A stretch of DNA of 62,720 bases from Devosia sp. (GTDB lineage: Bacteria; Pseudomonadota; Alphaproteobacteria; Rhizobiales; Devosiaceae), in assembly GCA_035548755.1 (NCBI GenBank), contig DASZSH010000088.1:1-62720 (forward strand), given 5' to 3'. Positions 9,868 through 21,664 of this stretch are shown piece after piece; position 1 is the stretch's first letter, and each line of letters begins with the position of its first letter. A program made the position numbers and the translations under genes. Below the pieces are notes generated by a model. The model searched no databases, was not told the DNA's origin, and saw only the letters and a program-made list of their open reading frames with translations.

Positions 9868-12861
9868 TCACTTTGCGTAAGCTTCTTCGAGGAATTGCTG
9901 CAGCTGGGCCAAATGCGTGCGCATGAGGCCAGTGGCAGTCGAGGCCGATGCGGGCCGGCCGACATAACGCGGCCGGTCGTGGGTGCGCCCCATCTGCTCG
10001 AGCACCCAATCGACATAGGGCTGCACGAAGCTCCAGCCGCCCATGTTCTTGGGCTCCTCCTGACACCAGACGATCTCGGCATTCTTGAAGCGCGAGAGTT
10101 CGTCGAGCAAGGCCTTGGCCGGGAAGGGATAAAGCTGCTCGAGCCTGAGCAGGTAGACGTCGTTGATGCCGCGCTTTTCCCGATCCTCGAGAAGATCGTA
10201 ATAGACCTTGCCGGAACACAGGATGACACGCCGGATCTGAGCGTCCGGGGCGAGCGTGATCGTCGTCTTTTTCGGTCCGGGAGCCTCCGCGTCGTCCCAC
10301 AGAAGACGGTGGAAGCAGCTCTCGGGGCCGAGTTCGCTCAGGGTCGAAACCGCACGTTTGTGACGCAGCAGCGACTTCGGCGTCATCAGGATCAGCGGCT
10401 TGCGGAAGTCGCGCTTCATCTGCCGGCGCAGAACGTGGAAGTAGTTGGCCGGAGTGGTGCAGTTGCACACCTGCATATTGTCTTCGGCGCAAAGCTGGAG
10501 GTAGCGCTCCAGGCGCGCGGAACTGTGCTCCGGTCCCTGGCCCTCGTAGCCGTGGGGCAGCAGCATGACCAATCCCGACATGCGGAACCATTTGCGTTCG
10601 CCAGAGGAGATGAACTGGTCCACAACGACCTGCGCGCCATTGGCGAAATCGCCGAATTGCGCTTCCCACAGCGTCAGCGTGTTGGGCTCGGCAAGCGAGT
10701 ATCCATATTCGAAGCCGAGCACCGCTTCCTCCGAGAGCATCGAGTTGATGACCTCGTAGCGCTGCTGGCCAGGCGCGATGTTGTTGAGCGGCGTATAGGT
10801 TTCGCCATTCTCCTGATCATTGAGCACGGAGTGGCGCTGGGTGAAGGTACCACGCTCGGAATCCTGACCGCTGAGCCGCACGGGGTGGCCCTCGGTCAAC
10901 AGGGTGCCGAACGCCAGCGCCTCGCCCGTCGCCCAGTCGATCCCCTCGCCGCTTTCGATCGAGGCGAGGCGATTGTCGAGGAAGCGCCTGACAGTCTTGT
11001 GGACGTTGAAGCCTTCCGGAACCTTGGTGATGGCAGTGCCGACTCGAACAAGCTCTTCGAGGGCAACACCGGTGTCGCCACGGCGCGGCCCGTCGGCATC
11101 GGCGCGCTTCAGGTCCTTCCACTGGCCGTCAAGCCAGTCGGTCTTGTTGGGACGGAAGTCCTGTCCTGCCTCGAACTCGCTTTCGAGATGCGCGCGCCAA
11201 CCCGACTTCATCTTCTCGACGTCGTCGGCAGTCACAAGACCTTCGGCGACGAGACGCTTGGAGTAAAGTTCCAGAGTAGTCTCGTGGTTGCGGATCTTGG
11301 CGTACATCAGCGGCTGGGTGAAGCTCGGCTCGTCGCCTTCGTTGTGGCCGAAGCGGCGATAGCAGAACATATCGATGACGACGGGCCGGCCGAAGCGCTG
11401 GCGGAATTCGGTCGCCACCTTACTGACATAGACGACCGCCTCTGGATCGTCGCCGTTGACGTGGAACACCGGCGCCTCGATCATCTTGGCCACATCGGTG
11501 GGATATGGCGACGAGCGCGAGTTCATCGGCGAGGTGGTGAAACCGATCTGATTGTTGATGACGAAGTGGATGGAGCCGCCCGTCCGATGCCCCTTGAGTC
11601 CGCTGAGACCAAGGCATTCGTAGATGATGCCCTGGCCGGCGAAGGCGGCATCGCCATGAATGAGCAGCGGTAGCACCACGGAGCGATCGGTCTGGCGCGT
11701 GTCAAACACGAAATGCCCATCGACGGCGGAATGCTGATCCTGCTTGGCGCGGGCCTTGCCCAGCACGACAGGATCGACAATCTCGAGATGGCTGGGATTG
11801 GCCGTCAGCGACAGGTGCACCCGATTGCCATCGAACTCGCGGTCGGACGAGGCGCCCAGGTGGTACTTGACGTCGCCCGAACCCTCGACGTCCTCGGAAT
11901 AATAGGCACCGCCCTTGAATTCGTGGAAAAGGGCGCGGTGAGGCTTGTGCATCACCTGGGTCAGCACGTTCAGGCGGCCGCGATGCGCCATGCCAAGCAC
12001 GATATCCTTCACGCCAAGCGCGCCGCCCCGCTTGATGATCTGCTCGAGCGCAGGGATCAGCGATTCAGAGCCGTCAAGGCCGAAACGCTTGGTGCCGGTG
12101 TACTTGACGTCAAGGAACTTCTCGAACCCTTCGGCCTCCACCAGCTTGTTGAGGATCGCCTTCTTACCCTCTGGGGTGAACTTGATCTCCTTGTCCGGCC
12201 CCTCCATGCGCTCCTGAATCCACTGCTTGGCCTCAGGATCGTTGATGTGCATGTACTCGATGCCAATGGTCGAGCAGTAGGTGCGCTTCAAGACGGCGAG
12301 CATCTCGGGGATGGTCGCGAATTGGAGGCCGAGCACGTTGTCGATGAAGATCTTGCGGCTGTAATCCAACTCCGTGAAGCCGTAGGTGCGCGGGTCGAGT
12401 TCGGGCGCTGGCTCCTCGGGCTTGAGCTTGAGCGGGTCGAGATCGGCGTGCAGGTGGCCACGCGTGCGGTAGGCGCGGATCATCATGATGGCGCGGATGG
12501 AATCGCGCGTCGACTGCAGGACGTCGACCGGCGAGGGCGCGGGAGCGCCTTCGGCCTCTGCCTTGCGGCCCAGCGCGGCCCCCGTCCGCACGAGGATCTC
12601 GCCCCAGTTGCCGTCCAGCGCGGAAACGAGCTCGCCATTGGCGAGCTGAGGCCAGTCGGCTCGCGCCCAGGATGGCCCCTCGAGGTTCCTGCGCACATCG
12701 GCCGGGCTGTCCTCCAGGCGGCCGAAATAGCCCGCCCAGGTCGGATCGATGCTGCCCGGATCGGCCTTGTAACGGTTGTAGAGGTCTTCGATGTAGCTGG
12801 CGTTGCCGCCGTAGAGGAAGGAGGAGAGCAAGAACTGTTCGTTCTTTTCCTGTCGGGTCAT
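9868..12861 (-). CDS. sucA: 2-oxoglutarate dehydrogenase E1
   Basis: GMAHRGRLN, HGDAAFAGQG, WEAQFGDF; start set at MTRQEKN. Confidence 0.97.
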   Translation of the reverse strand: MTRQEKNEQFLLSSFLYGGNASYIEDLYNRYKADPGSIDPTWAGYFGRLEDSPADVRRNLEGPSWARADWPQLANGELVSALDGNWGEILVRTGAALGRKAEAEGAPAPSPVDVLQSTRDSIRAIMMIRAYRTRGHLHADLDPLKLKPEEPAPELDPRTYGFTELDYSRKIFIDNVLGLQFATIPEMLAVLKRTYCSTIGIEYMHINDPEAKQWIQERMEGPDKEIKFTPEGKKAILNKLVEAEGFEKFLDVKYTGTKRFGLDGSESLIPALEQIIKRGGALGVKDIVLGMAHRGRLNVLTQVMHKPHRALFHEFKGGAYYSEDVEGSGDVKYHLGASSDREFDGNRVHLSLTANPSHLEIVDPVVLGKARAKQDQHSAVDGHFVFDTRQTDRSVVLPLLIHGDAAFAGQGIIYECLGLSGLKGHRTGGSIHFVINNQIGFTTSPMNSRSSPYPTDVAKMIEAPVFHVNGDDPEAVVYVSKVATEFRQRFGRPVVIDMFCYRRFGHNEGDEPSFTQPLMYAKIRNHETTLELYSKRLVAEGLVTADDVEKMKSGWRAHLESEFEAGQDFRPNKTDWLDGQWKDLKRADADGPRRGDTGVALEELVRVGTAITKVPEGFNVHKTVRRFLDNRLASIESGEGIDWATGEALAFGTLLTEGHPVRLSGQDSERGTFTQRHSVLNDQENGETYTPLNNIAPGQQRYEVINSMLSEEAVLGFEYGYSLAEPNTLTLWEAQFGDFANGAQVVVDQFISSGERKWFRMSGLVMLLPHGYEGQGPEHSSARLERYLQLCAEDNMQVCNCTTPANYFHVLRRQMKRDFRKPLILMTPKSLLRHKRAVSTLSELGPESCFHRLLWDDAEAPGPKKTTITLAPDAQIRRVILCSGKVYYDLLEDREKRGINDVYLLRLEQLYPFPAKALLDELSRFKNAEIVWCQEEPKNMGGWSFVQPYVDWVLEQMGRTHDRPRYVGRPASASTATGLMRTHLAQLQQFLEEAYAK

Positions 12862-13088
12862 TTTTCGTCTTAGGCGGGGCCTTTTACCCCGTATTCCCTG
12901 TTGCCGGCGCACCCGGAGAGGGGGCCGTTCCGCGCAGGCGCGGAGTGTGACGGTTTCAGATTAGCATGCTGTTAAAGAATTGGGCATTCCGACCTCGGTC
13001 TGAAAGGCCCGATCGCCTTCACTTTGTTGCGCTTTTCGCCCCTGTCCGATGGCAATGCCGGGCGGGGACCCTTTCATCCTCCCAGGAC

Positions 13089-13994
13089 TCAGCCTTTGAG
13101 CACCTCGGCGAGCGTGACGCCGATCCTTGCGGGGGAACGTGACACCTTGATGCCGGCCGATTCCAGGGCGGCGATCTTGTCCTCGGCGCCGCCTTTTCCC
13201 CCCGAAATTACGGCGCCAGCATGGCCCATGGTGCGGCCCCTAGGGGCCGTAAGGCCGGCAATGAACCCCGCCATGGGCTTCTTGCGGCCACGCCGGGCCT
13301 CGTCGATCAGGAACTGGGCGGCATCCTCCTCGGCCGCCCCGCCGATCTCGCCGATCATGATGATCGATTTGGTGGCCTCGTCGGCCAGGAACATCTCGAG
13401 CACGTCGATGAACTCGGTGCCCTTGACCGGATCCCCGCCGATGCCGACCGCGGTGGTTTGTCCCAGTCCGGCGTTGGTGGTCTGGAAGACGGCTTCGTAG
13501 GTGAGGGTTCCCGAGCGCGAGACGATGCCGACTGACCCTTTGCGGAAGATCGAGCCCGGCATGATGCCGATCTTGCATTCCTCGGGGGTGAGGACACCGG
13601 GGCAGTTGGGCCCGATGAGGCGCGATTTCGACCGTTCGAGGCGAGCCTTGACCCGGACCATGTCGAGCACCGGCACGCCCTCGGTGATACAGACGATGAG
13701 CGGAATTTCAGCCTCGATCGCCTCGATGATTGCCTCGGCCGCGCCCGCGGGAGGCACATAGATGACCGAGGCGTTGGCGCCAGTCGCGGCCTTGCCCTCG
13801 GCAACCGAGCCGAAGATGGGCAGTGACGTGCCATCCACGCCCGAGGTCCAGGTCTGCCCGGCCTTTTTGGGATTGGTGCCGCCGACCATTTTCGTGCCGT
13901 AATAGGCAAGCGCCTGTTCCGTATGGAACGTACCGGTCTTGCCGGTCAGGCCCTGCACGAGAACCCGAGTGTCGCGATTGACGAGGATCGACAT
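13089..13994 (-). CDS. sucD: Succinyl-CoA synthetase alpha subunit
   Basis: [22 protein letters not shown] phospho-His motif. Confidence 0.97.
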   Translation of the reverse strand: MSILVNRDTRVLVQGLTGKTGTFHTEQALAYYGTKMVGGTNPKKAGQTWTSGVDGTSLPIFGSVAEGKAATGANASVIYVPPAGAAEAIIEAIEAEIPLIVCITEGVPVLDMVRVKARLERSKSRLIGPNCPGVLTPEECKIGIMPGSIFRKGSVGIVSRSGTLTYEAVFQTTNAGLGQTTAVGIGGDPVKGTEFIDVLEMFLADEATKSIIMIGEIGGAAEEDAAQFLIDEARRGRKKPMAGFIAGLTAPRGRTMGHAGAVISGGKGGAEDKIAALESAGIKVSRSPARIGVTLAEVLKG

Positions 13995-14047
13995 GAAAGG
14001 CCTTGGATCAGGTTTCTAGGAAGATAGTGGCTGCTGTGTGTGCAAGG

Positions 14048-14629
14048 TCAGTTGCCCGCCGGCGTGCCGCCGAGCAGCAGGTTGAATTCGATCTCGACAG
14101 CGCCGTCGGTGCGGTCTCCCAGGACAAGCAGTTTTCGGTCCGGGCTCTCCCAGGCGCCGTAGACATTACCGTCGCCGCGGTCGGCGAGCGTTCCGGCGAG
14201 GCCCGCGATGCCGGCCATGTCCTTAAAGTCGAGAAGGTTGTCGTTGTCGGAAAAGTCGATGCGGCAATAGCCCAGCCGCTGACTCGGAAAGCTTTGCAGC
14301 GAGCCCCAGATGTCCACCTCGCCGAAACCCGGCACGTCGCGGTAGCCCGAATAGACCGCATTGTAGGGACCGGCGTCCTCCGGCTCGTTGGGGACCCAAC
14401 CTGCGTCCTTCACCTTGTCGTAGGCATCGGGCGCGCCGCTGCCGATGGCGGTGCACGCGTCGACGAACAGGCGCAGCGCCTCGGATGAGGACAGCGGCGG
14501 GCCCGTGGACTGATCGGGGGGAACCGACGAGGAGGCGTCGAGGGAGATCGGGACCGACGAGGATGCCTCCTGGGCAAGCGAAGGCCCAACGAGACTGCCC
14601 AGGCAGAGGAGGAGCAGCGGTAGCCGCAT
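14048..14629 (-). CDS. Hypothetical secreted acidic protein
   Basis: Signal peptide [19 protein letters not shown], Ser/Pro linker, then an acidic domain with 2 Cys; fills the sucC-sucD gap on the same strand. Confidence 0.7.
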   Translation of the reverse strand: MRLPLLLLCLGSLVGPSLAQEASSSVPISLDASSSVPPDQSTGPPLSSSEALRLFVDACTAIGSGAPDAYDKVKDAGWVPNEPEDAGPYNAVYSGYRDVPGFGEVDIWGSLQSFPSQRLGYCRIDFSDNDNLLDFKDMAGIAGLAGTLADRGDGNVYGAWESPDRKLLVLGDRTDGAVEIEFNLLLGGTPAGN

Positions 14630-14660
14630 CGCGCGCCTGTCTGGTTCGGTGCGCCACACG

Positions 14661-15860
14661 TCAGCGACGCGCATGGATGGCAGCCACGATCTTCTGGGCG
14701 GCATCGTCGAGATCGTCGGCAGGGATGACATCAAGCCCCGACGCCGAAAGGATGGCCTTGCCTTCCTTGACGTTGGTGCCTTCGAGACGGACCACGAGCG
14801 GCACCTTGAGACCAACCTCCCTGACTGCGGCGACCACGCCTTCGGCAATGACGTCGCAACGCATGATGCCGCCGAAGATGTTGACGAGAATGCCTTTGAC
14901 GTGGGGATCGGCCGTGATGATCTTGAACGCTGCCGTCACCTTCTCGCGGCTTGCGCCGCCGCCGACATCGAGGAAGTTCGCCGGCTCCTCGCCATAGAGC
15001 TTGATAATGTCCATAGTGGCCATGGCAAGGCCAGCGCCGTTGACCATGCAGCCGATATTGCCGTCGAGCGCGACATAAGCGAGGTCGTATTTGTGGGCTT
15101 CGATCTCCTTGGCGTCCTCTTCGGTGAGGTCGCGCAGGGCCTCGAGATCGGGGTGGCGGAACAGCGCATTGTTGTCGAAGCTGACCTTTGCGTCGAGCAG
15201 CCGGAGATGGCCGTTCTTCATGACGATCAGCGGGTTCACCTCGAGCAGGCTCATGTCCTTGTCGATGAACGCCTTGTAGAGCGCCGGAAAGACCGTTGCC
15301 GCGTCGGCGCGCGCGGCTCCCTCGAGCCTGAGCGCATCGGCCAGCTTTTCCACATCGGCAGAGGTTACGCCCTTTTCCGGGTCGATATCGACGGTGACGA
15401 TCCGCTCCGGCGTGTCATGCGCGACAGTTTCGATGTCCATGCCGCCTTCGGTCGAGACCACGAAGGCAACTTGGCCCGTTTCACGATCGACGAGCAGAGA
15501 ACAGTAGAGCTCTCGCGCGATATCGGCGCCATCCTCGATATAGAGCCGGTTAACGACCTTGCCGGCCGAGCCGGTCTGTTTGGTGACGAGCGTGTGGCCG
15601 AGCATCTCGCGGGCGTTGGCCGCGACCTCAGCGGGCGACCTGGCGAGCCTCACGCCGCCTTTAGCGTCGGCCCCGAGCTCTTTGAAACGGCCCTTGCCCC
15701 GGCCGCCGGCATGAATTTGCGATTTCACCACATAGAGCGGGCCCGGCAGGGCCTTCGCCGCAGCCTCGGCCTCGCCCGGCGAGAAGATGGCGACGCCCTC
15801 GGCGACCGGCAGGCCATAGGTCTTGAGCAGAGCCTTGGCCTGGTGCTCGTGGATGTTCAT
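14661..15860 (-). CDS. sucC: Succinyl-CoA synthetase beta subunit
   Basis: [32 protein letters not shown]. Confidence 0.97.
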   Translation of the reverse strand: MNIHEHQAKALLKTYGLPVAEGVAIFSPGEAEAAAKALPGPLYVVKSQIHAGGRGKGRFKELGADAKGGVRLARSPAEVAANAREMLGHTLVTKQTGSAGKVVNRLYIEDGADIARELYCSLLVDRETGQVAFVVSTEGGMDIETVAHDTPERIVTVDIDPEKGVTSADVEKLADALRLEGAARADAATVFPALYKAFIDKDMSLLEVNPLIVMKNGHLRLLDAKVSFDNNALFRHPDLEALRDLTEEDAKEIEAHKYDLAYVALDGNIGCMVNGAGLAMATMDIIKLYGEEPANFLDVGGGASREKVTAAFKIITADPHVKGILVNIFGGIMRCDVIAEGVVAAVREVGLKVPLVVRLEGTNVKEGKAILSASGLDVIPADDLDDAAQKIVAAIHARR

Positions 15861-15870
15861 TCGAGAGGCC

Positions 15871-16869
<999 letters not shown>

Positions 16870-16898
16870 CTATAGCGCCGGGGCGGAGGGTTAACAAG
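16870..16898 (-). promoter_or_regulatory. Putative sigma70 promoter of mdh
   Basis: CTTGTT-N17-CTATAG, matching the rhizobial CTTGAC-N17-CTATAT pattern. Confidence 0.6.
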
Positions 16899-16915
16899 GG
16901 CGGCTTTGGTCGGGA

Positions 16916-18007
16916 TCACGCGGGCTTGCGCGTAGAGCGCAGATAGGCTCCCGACTGCATTTCGACCAGGCGGGAAATGGTCCGCCGCAGCTCGGCGGCG
17001 TTGCTCGAGTCCGTTACCAGCCGGTCAAGGGGCGCCGCGAAACTTGCCGCAAGCTTGATGCCGCGATCGTAGAGGGTATCGATCAGCAGCACGAAGCGCT
17101 TGGCTGCGCTGGGATTGGTGCGGCCGAAGACAGGGACGTCGTCGATCATCAGCGTGTCATAAGCATGGGCGAGGCGCAGATAGTCGCGCGCCCCGAGCGG
17201 GGCTTCGCAAAGCGCGGCGAAGGGGAAGCGCGCGGCCCCCATCGCTGCAAGGGGTACGGCAATGTCGCGGCCAAGCGAATGCAGCCTCTCGGGGGCACCG
17301 GCGACGCCGCCGGTGAGCCTGAGCCAGAGCCGGTCCATGCCGGCCCGGATTTCGGCCCCCGTACCGAAGCGATAGACCTGTTCGCCCTCGAATTTGAGGC
17401 GGCGATAGTCGGTCTCGCCATCGAGGCGAACGATTTCGACGGCGGACTTGAGCAGGGCAATGAAGGGCAGAAAGAGCTGCCGGTTGAGGCCACCGCGGTA
17501 GAGCTCGTCGGGCGGGGTGTTCGACGTGGCAACGAGCGTGACACCACCGGCGAACAGTTTTTCGAACAGACGCCCCAGCAGCATGGCGTTGGCGATGTCG
17601 TTGACCTGAAATTCATCGAGGCACAGCAGGCGAGTTTGCGCGAGGATGGGCTTCACGACGTGAGCGATCGGGTCGCCCTGTCCGTGACGCCGGTACGCCG
17701 CAATGTCCGCGTGGAGTTCGTCCATGAACTCGTCGAAGTGGATGCGCCGCTTTTCCTCGAGCGGCGCGACAGCGAAGAACAGATCCATGAGCATGGTCTT
17801 GCCGCGGCCGACGGCGCCCACAAGATAGGCGCCGCGCACGGGCCGGCGGCGGCGGAAGAGGCTGCGCTCGGCCAGCTCGCCGGCGATGCGGTCGAGACTC
17901 ATGGCCGCCCCGGCCTGCTGCGGATCGGGGAGGAGGGCCCCGGTTTCGACCATGCGGCCGAGAGACCGGGTTACGGGCGGCGGAGCGGACGGCTTGGGCA
18001 GAGGCAC
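16916..18007 (-). CDS. zapE: AFG1/ZapE family ATPase
   Basis: GAVGRGKTMLMD, CLDEFQV, TSN..P..LY.GGLNR; typical position upstream of mdh. Confidence 0.88.
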   Translation of the reverse strand: MPLPKPSAPPPVTRSLGRMVETGALLPDPQQAGAAMSLDRIAGELAERSLFRRRRPVRGAYLVGAVGRGKTMLMDLFFAVAPLEEKRRIHFDEFMDELHADIAAYRRHGQGDPIAHVVKPILAQTRLLCLDEFQVNDIANAMLLGRLFEKLFAGGVTLVATSNTPPDELYRGGLNRQLFLPFIALLKSAVEIVRLDGETDYRRLKFEGEQVYRFGTGAEIRAGMDRLWLRLTGGVAGAPERLHSLGRDIAVPLAAMGAARFPFAALCEAPLGARDYLRLAHAYDTLMIDDVPVFGRTNPSAAKRFVLLIDTLYDRGIKLAASFAAPLDRLVTDSSNAAELRRTISRLVEMQSGAYLRSTRKPA

Positions 18008-18073
18008 GGCCAGCCCATAGCGGTATTCGGCGGAGGTGTCATGCCCCCCGCGCGCCGCGCGGGCTCGGGCGGA

Positions 18074-18310
18074 CTATGCCGCGCGCCAGGGCCCGGCGCG
18101 ACCCAGATCGCCCAGGCGCGCGGGCGCGGCGTAGCTCAGACTGTCGATCAGGAAAGGGTCCTGCAGCAGCAGGCCGAGGCTGCTGTCCCCGGGTGCTGCA
18201 GCAGACGGGCGGGCTGGCGCCGACATGCTCCCAGCCACGAACTGGCTTGCGGGAACCGGCAAAGCCACGATCGCAACCACGAGGGCAAGGGTCAGGGCTT
18301 TGACGCGCAT
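18074..18310 (-). CDS. Small hypothetical protein with signal-peptide-like N-terminus
   Basis: MRVKALTLALVVAIVALP...; fills the gap on the strand of its neighbours; no recognised domain. Confidence 0.4.
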   Translation of the reverse strand: MRVKALTLALVVAIVALPVPASQFVAGSMSAPARPSAAAPGDSSLGLLLQDPFLIDSLSYAAPARLGDLGRAGPWRAA

Positions 18311-18432
18311 TTGAGGGCACTCCAGCTCGCGATGCGGCTTCATCTCGCCGCGTTCTTGAGGGAGTTATCGAGCACCGGCATCGAACCGGCACTGAAGCAC
18401 GCATTCATCCCGCGTTTATGGGATGGCGGAGC

Positions 18433-18642
18433 CTAACGATAGTCGACGAGCTTTTTGTCGGGATCGTAGGGCTGATCGGTGACGGTTTTGGTGACCGCCT
18501 GGCCGCACTTCATCTTCTTGACGGAGGGATCGTAGGCGTAGGTGGGCGAGCCGTAGAGGGCCCAGCCCTCGCTCAGGGCCTTGGTGACCTTGTGGCAGAA
18601 GGCGGAATCGTCCTCCCCGCTGAGGAAACGGTAAATCTGCAT
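18433..18642 (-). CDS. DUF1737 domain protein
   Basis: YRFLSGEDDSAFCHKVTKALSEGWALYGSP is characteristic of the family. Confidence 0.85.
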   Translation of the reverse strand: MQIYRFLSGEDDSAFCHKVTKALSEGWALYGSPTYAYDPSVKKMKCGQAVTKTVTDQPYDPDKKLVDYR

Positions 18643-18709
18643 GGATGGGGCGGCCTCGTCGTCCGAAGGAAGCGTTGAACCGGGGCCTACTTACCGGTAA
18701 TCGGGGCGG

Positions 18710-19351
18710 ATGCACAGCTTTCCGCAACACCTCATCGACGGCTACAGGCAGTTTCTGGCGGGGCGCTACGCCCGGGAAACCGAACGGTACAAGGAACTGG
18801 CGCGGGGCGGGCAATCGCCCACCACCATGATCATCTGCTGCTGCGACAGCCGCGCGGCGCCTGAGACGATTTTCGATGCCGGGCCGGGGGAACTGTTCGT
18901 GCTCAGGAACATCGCCAACCTGGTGCCGCCCTTCGAGCCGGTGGCGGGCCAGCACGGCACCTCGGCGGGAATCGAATATGCGGTCAATGCGCTGGGTATC
19001 TCGGACCTGATCGTGCTCGGCCACGGCCGCTGCGGCGGCATCCGCTGGGCCCTTGGGCCGGGGACCCCGATCGCCCAGGGCGATTTCATCGGCAAATGGA
19101 TGAGCATGCTTGCGCCAGTGACCGAGCAGGTTGCGACCTATACCTTCCTGACGCCCGCCGAGCGGGAGACGGCGCTCGAGCGGCTCTCGGTGCGCAACTC
19201 CATCAAGAACCTCAGGACCTTTCCCTATATCAGGGAGAAGGAGGCCGCCGGCCAGCTCACGCTGCACGGGGCCTGGTTCGACATCTCGACGGCAGAGCTC
19301 TGGGTGATGGACGCCGAAACCGGCGATTTCAGCCGGCCGGAGGTGGACTGA
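18710..19351 (+). CDS. Beta-class carbonic anhydrase
   Basis: CCDSR, GELFVLRNIAN and HGRCGG zinc ligands. Confidence 0.93.
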   Translation: MHSFPQHLIDGYRQFLAGRYARETERYKELARGGQSPTTMIICCCDSRAAPETIFDAGPGELFVLRNIANLVPPFEPVAGQHGTSAGIEYAVNALGISDLIVLGHGRCGGIRWALGPGTPIAQGDFIGKWMSMLAPVTEQVATYTFLTPAERETALERLSVRNSIKNLRTFPYIREKEAAGQLTLHGAWFDISTAELWVMDAETGDFSRPEVD

Positions 19352-19378
19352 GGCCCGCCCCTGGGCGGCGGGCACGGT

Positions 19379-20260
19379 TCAGGCCGCGGCGGAGCGGGCG
19401 AACAGGCGCGGGCCGAAGACGTTGAGCAGCAGGCCGGCAAAGACGATGGCGCTGCCGGCAAGCTCGAGGCCCGTCGTGCGCTCGCCCAGGATAAGCATGG
19501 CCGCAAGGATGCCGACGATGGGCACCAGCAGGGTGAAGGGCGCCACGGTGGAGGCCGGATAGCGGCCGAGCAGCACGCTCCAGGCACCGTAGCCGAAGAC
19601 GGTCGAGACCCAGCCGATAAAGAGCAGCGAGCCGATCCCCAGCCAGGTGATCTGGCCGAGCGCCACGCCTACCGCGCCCGGCCCCTCGAACAGCAGCGAC
19701 AGCAGGTAGAGCGGGATGGGCGGCACCAGCGACGACCAGACCACAAAGCCCAGCATATCCACCCGGCCGGCCTTTTTGGTGAGGAGATTGGCAAGGCCCC
19801 AGCAGGCGCCGGCGGCGATGGTCATCAGGAAGGGCCAGAGGGCCGCTCCGCCGAGGCGCTCGGCGGCGATGAGAGCGATGCCGGCCAAGGCGACGAAGGC
19901 ACCCAGGAGCTGCGCCCCGCGCGGGCGCTCGCCCAGAAACAGCACCGCCAGCGCGATGGTGAAGAAGGCCTGGAGCTGGATGACGAGCGAGCTCAGGCCT
20001 GCCGGCATGCCGAACTTGATGGCGGTGAAGAGCAGGCCGAACTGGCCCACGCCCACGGCAAGGCCGTAGCCCACAAGGATGGGCAGGCTCACCTGCGGGC
20101 GGCGGATGAAAAAGACGGCCGGGACCGCGGCCACGACATAGCGCAGCGAGGTGAGCAGCAAAGGCGGAATCTCATCCACGCCCCAGCGGATGGCGACGAA
20201 GTTGACGCCCCAGACGACGACGATGGCGAGCGCCAGCAGAATATCGCGCAGCGGCATCAT
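19379..20260 (-). CDS. EamA family exporter (O-acetylserine/cysteine exporter-like)
   Basis: VVWGVNFVAI, GMPAGLSSLVIQLQAFFT, LLVP; AGGAG SD before ATG 20260. Confidence 0.88.
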   Translation of the reverse strand: MMPLRDILLALAIVVVWGVNFVAIRWGVDEIPPLLLTSLRYVVAAVPAVFFIRRPQVSLPILVGYGLAVGVGQFGLLFTAIKFGMPAGLSSLVIQLQAFFTIALAVLFLGERPRGAQLLGAFVALAGIALIAAERLGGAALWPFLMTIAAGACWGLANLLTKKAGRVDMLGFVVWSSLVPPIPLYLLSLLFEGPGAVGVALGQITWLGIGSLLFIGWVSTVFGYGAWSVLLGRYPASTVAPFTLLVPIVGILAAMLILGERTTGLELAGSAIVFAGLLLNVFGPRLFARSAAA

Positions 20261-20329
20261 GATTTCAGGTCTCCTGCCCGGGCGGCGCCGGAAAGGACGC
20301 TGCGAAGCGGACGAAGGCAAATGATTGAT

Positions 20330-20375
20330 GGTGATGGCCCCGATCAGCGGCGGTGATCGGGGCGGGACCGTCACC
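20330..20375 (-). terminator. Strong hairpin directly after asd
   Basis: GCCCCGATCA-N7-TGATCGGGGC core (20337-20363) with an outer imperfect stem; no long U tract. Confidence 0.5.
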
Positions 20376-20385
20376 GCTGCTGGCG

Positions 20386-21426
20386 TCAGGCGGCCTTGCG
20401 CTCGACGAGGTTGCGCTCGAGCAGCGTTTCGAGGATCTGCACGGTATTGAGCGCGGCGCCCTTCCTCAGATTGTCGGAGACCACCCACATGGCGAGGCCA
20501 TTTTCGACCGTGGCGTCCTCGCGGATGCGGCTCACGAAGGTATCGTATTCGCCCACCGACTCGATGGGCGTGGCATAGCCCCCCGGCTCGCGGCGGTCGA
20601 TGACGGCGACGCCGGGCGCTTCGCTGAGCGCGGCGCGCGCCTCGTCGGCGGTGATGGGCTTTTCGAACTCGATGGCGACCGCCTCGGAATGGCCCACGAA
20701 CACGGGCACGCGCACGCAGGTGGCGATGACCTTGATGCGCGGATCGAGAATCTTCTTGGTCTCGGCGACCATCTTCCACTCTTCCTTGGTCGAGCCGTCT
20801 TCCATGAAGACGTCGATATGGGGGATGACGTTGAAGGCGATCTGCTTGGGGAACTTCCGGGGGGTGGGGCTGTCGTTGACGAAGATGCCCTTGGTCTGCG
20901 TCCACAGCTCGTCGCGGCCCTCCTGCCCGGCGCCCGAAACGGATTGATAAGTCGCAACCACGACCCGCCGGATGGTGGCCAGATCGTGCAGCGGCTTGAG
21001 CGCCACCACCATCTGGGCGGTCGAGCAGTTGGGGTTGGCGATGATGTTCCTGCGGTCGTTGCGGGCCATGTATTCGTCGAGCACATGGGCGTTGACCTCG
21101 GGCACCACGAGCGGCACATCGGCGTGGTAGCGCCAGTAGCTCGAATTATCGACAGCGATGGCGCCCGCCGCCCCGATGCGCGGGGCCCATTCCTTGCTCA
21201 CGGCCGAGCCCGCCGACATCAGGGCGAAATCGACGCCGCGGAAATCGAAATGATCGAGCGTCTGCACCTTGACCCGGCGGTCGCCGAAGCTCAGCTCCTG
21301 GCCCTGGCTGCGCGAGGAGGCGAGCGGGATCACCTCGCTCACCGGGAAGTTCCGCTCGGCCAGGATATTGAGCATTTCGCGGCCCACGGCACCCGTGGCC
21401 CCGACAACTGCAACGCGATAACCCAT
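20386..21426 (-). CDS. asd: Aspartate-semialdehyde dehydrogenase
   Basis: GATGAVG, ANPNCST catalytic Cys, YQSVSGAG, DNLRKGAALN. Confidence 0.97.
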   Translation of the reverse strand: MGYRVAVVGATGAVGREMLNILAERNFPVSEVIPLASSRSQGQELSFGDRRVKVQTLDHFDFRGVDFALMSAGSAVSKEWAPRIGAAGAIAVDNSSYWRYHADVPLVVPEVNAHVLDEYMARNDRRNIIANPNCSTAQMVVALKPLHDLATIRRVVVATYQSVSGAGQEGRDELWTQTKGIFVNDSPTPRKFPKQIAFNVIPHIDVFMEDGSTKEEWKMVAETKKILDPRIKVIATCVRVPVFVGHSEAVAIEFEKPITADEARAALSEAPGVAVIDRREPGGYATPIESVGEYDTFVSRIREDATVENGLAMWVVSDNLRKGAALNTVQILETLLERNLVERKAA

Positions 21427-21524
21427 CTCGACTGGTTCCTTTGACCCCAACCCCCCGCACCGGACAAGCCCGGCGGCCAACTGGCTTCGGCCTCTCCCCG
21501 GCGGGAGGGGCCGCGGGGAAAAGC

Positions 21525-21635
21525 TCAGGAGGTTTTGCTGGTTTTGGTCTTGAGCTCGAGGCGGCCGAACAGACGCTCGGGCCGGAAGGTCTCCAGCCCC
21601 ACATCCTCAATGTCCAGTTCGTCTCCGCGCCACAT
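21525..21635 (-). CDS. Putative asd leader peptide MWRGDELDIEDVGLETFRPERLFGRLELKTKTSKTS
   Basis: ATG with GAGG 10 nt upstream, a Lys/Thr-rich end, TGA 98 nt before asd, followed by alternative hairpins. Confidence 0.55.
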   Translation of the reverse strand: MWRGDELDIEDVGLETFRPERLFGRLELKTKTSKTS

Positions 21636-21664
21636 GGCGAAACGGCCTCGTTCACTCGCGTGGG

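Noticed and set aside
19379-20905. 508-aa version of the EamA ORF, and similar N-terminal extensions for leuD, mutM, lpdA, the ABC exporter and DUF4386
   Set aside because: The extensions overlap neighbouring genes or promoters. SD-supported downstream starts match the expected family lengths.
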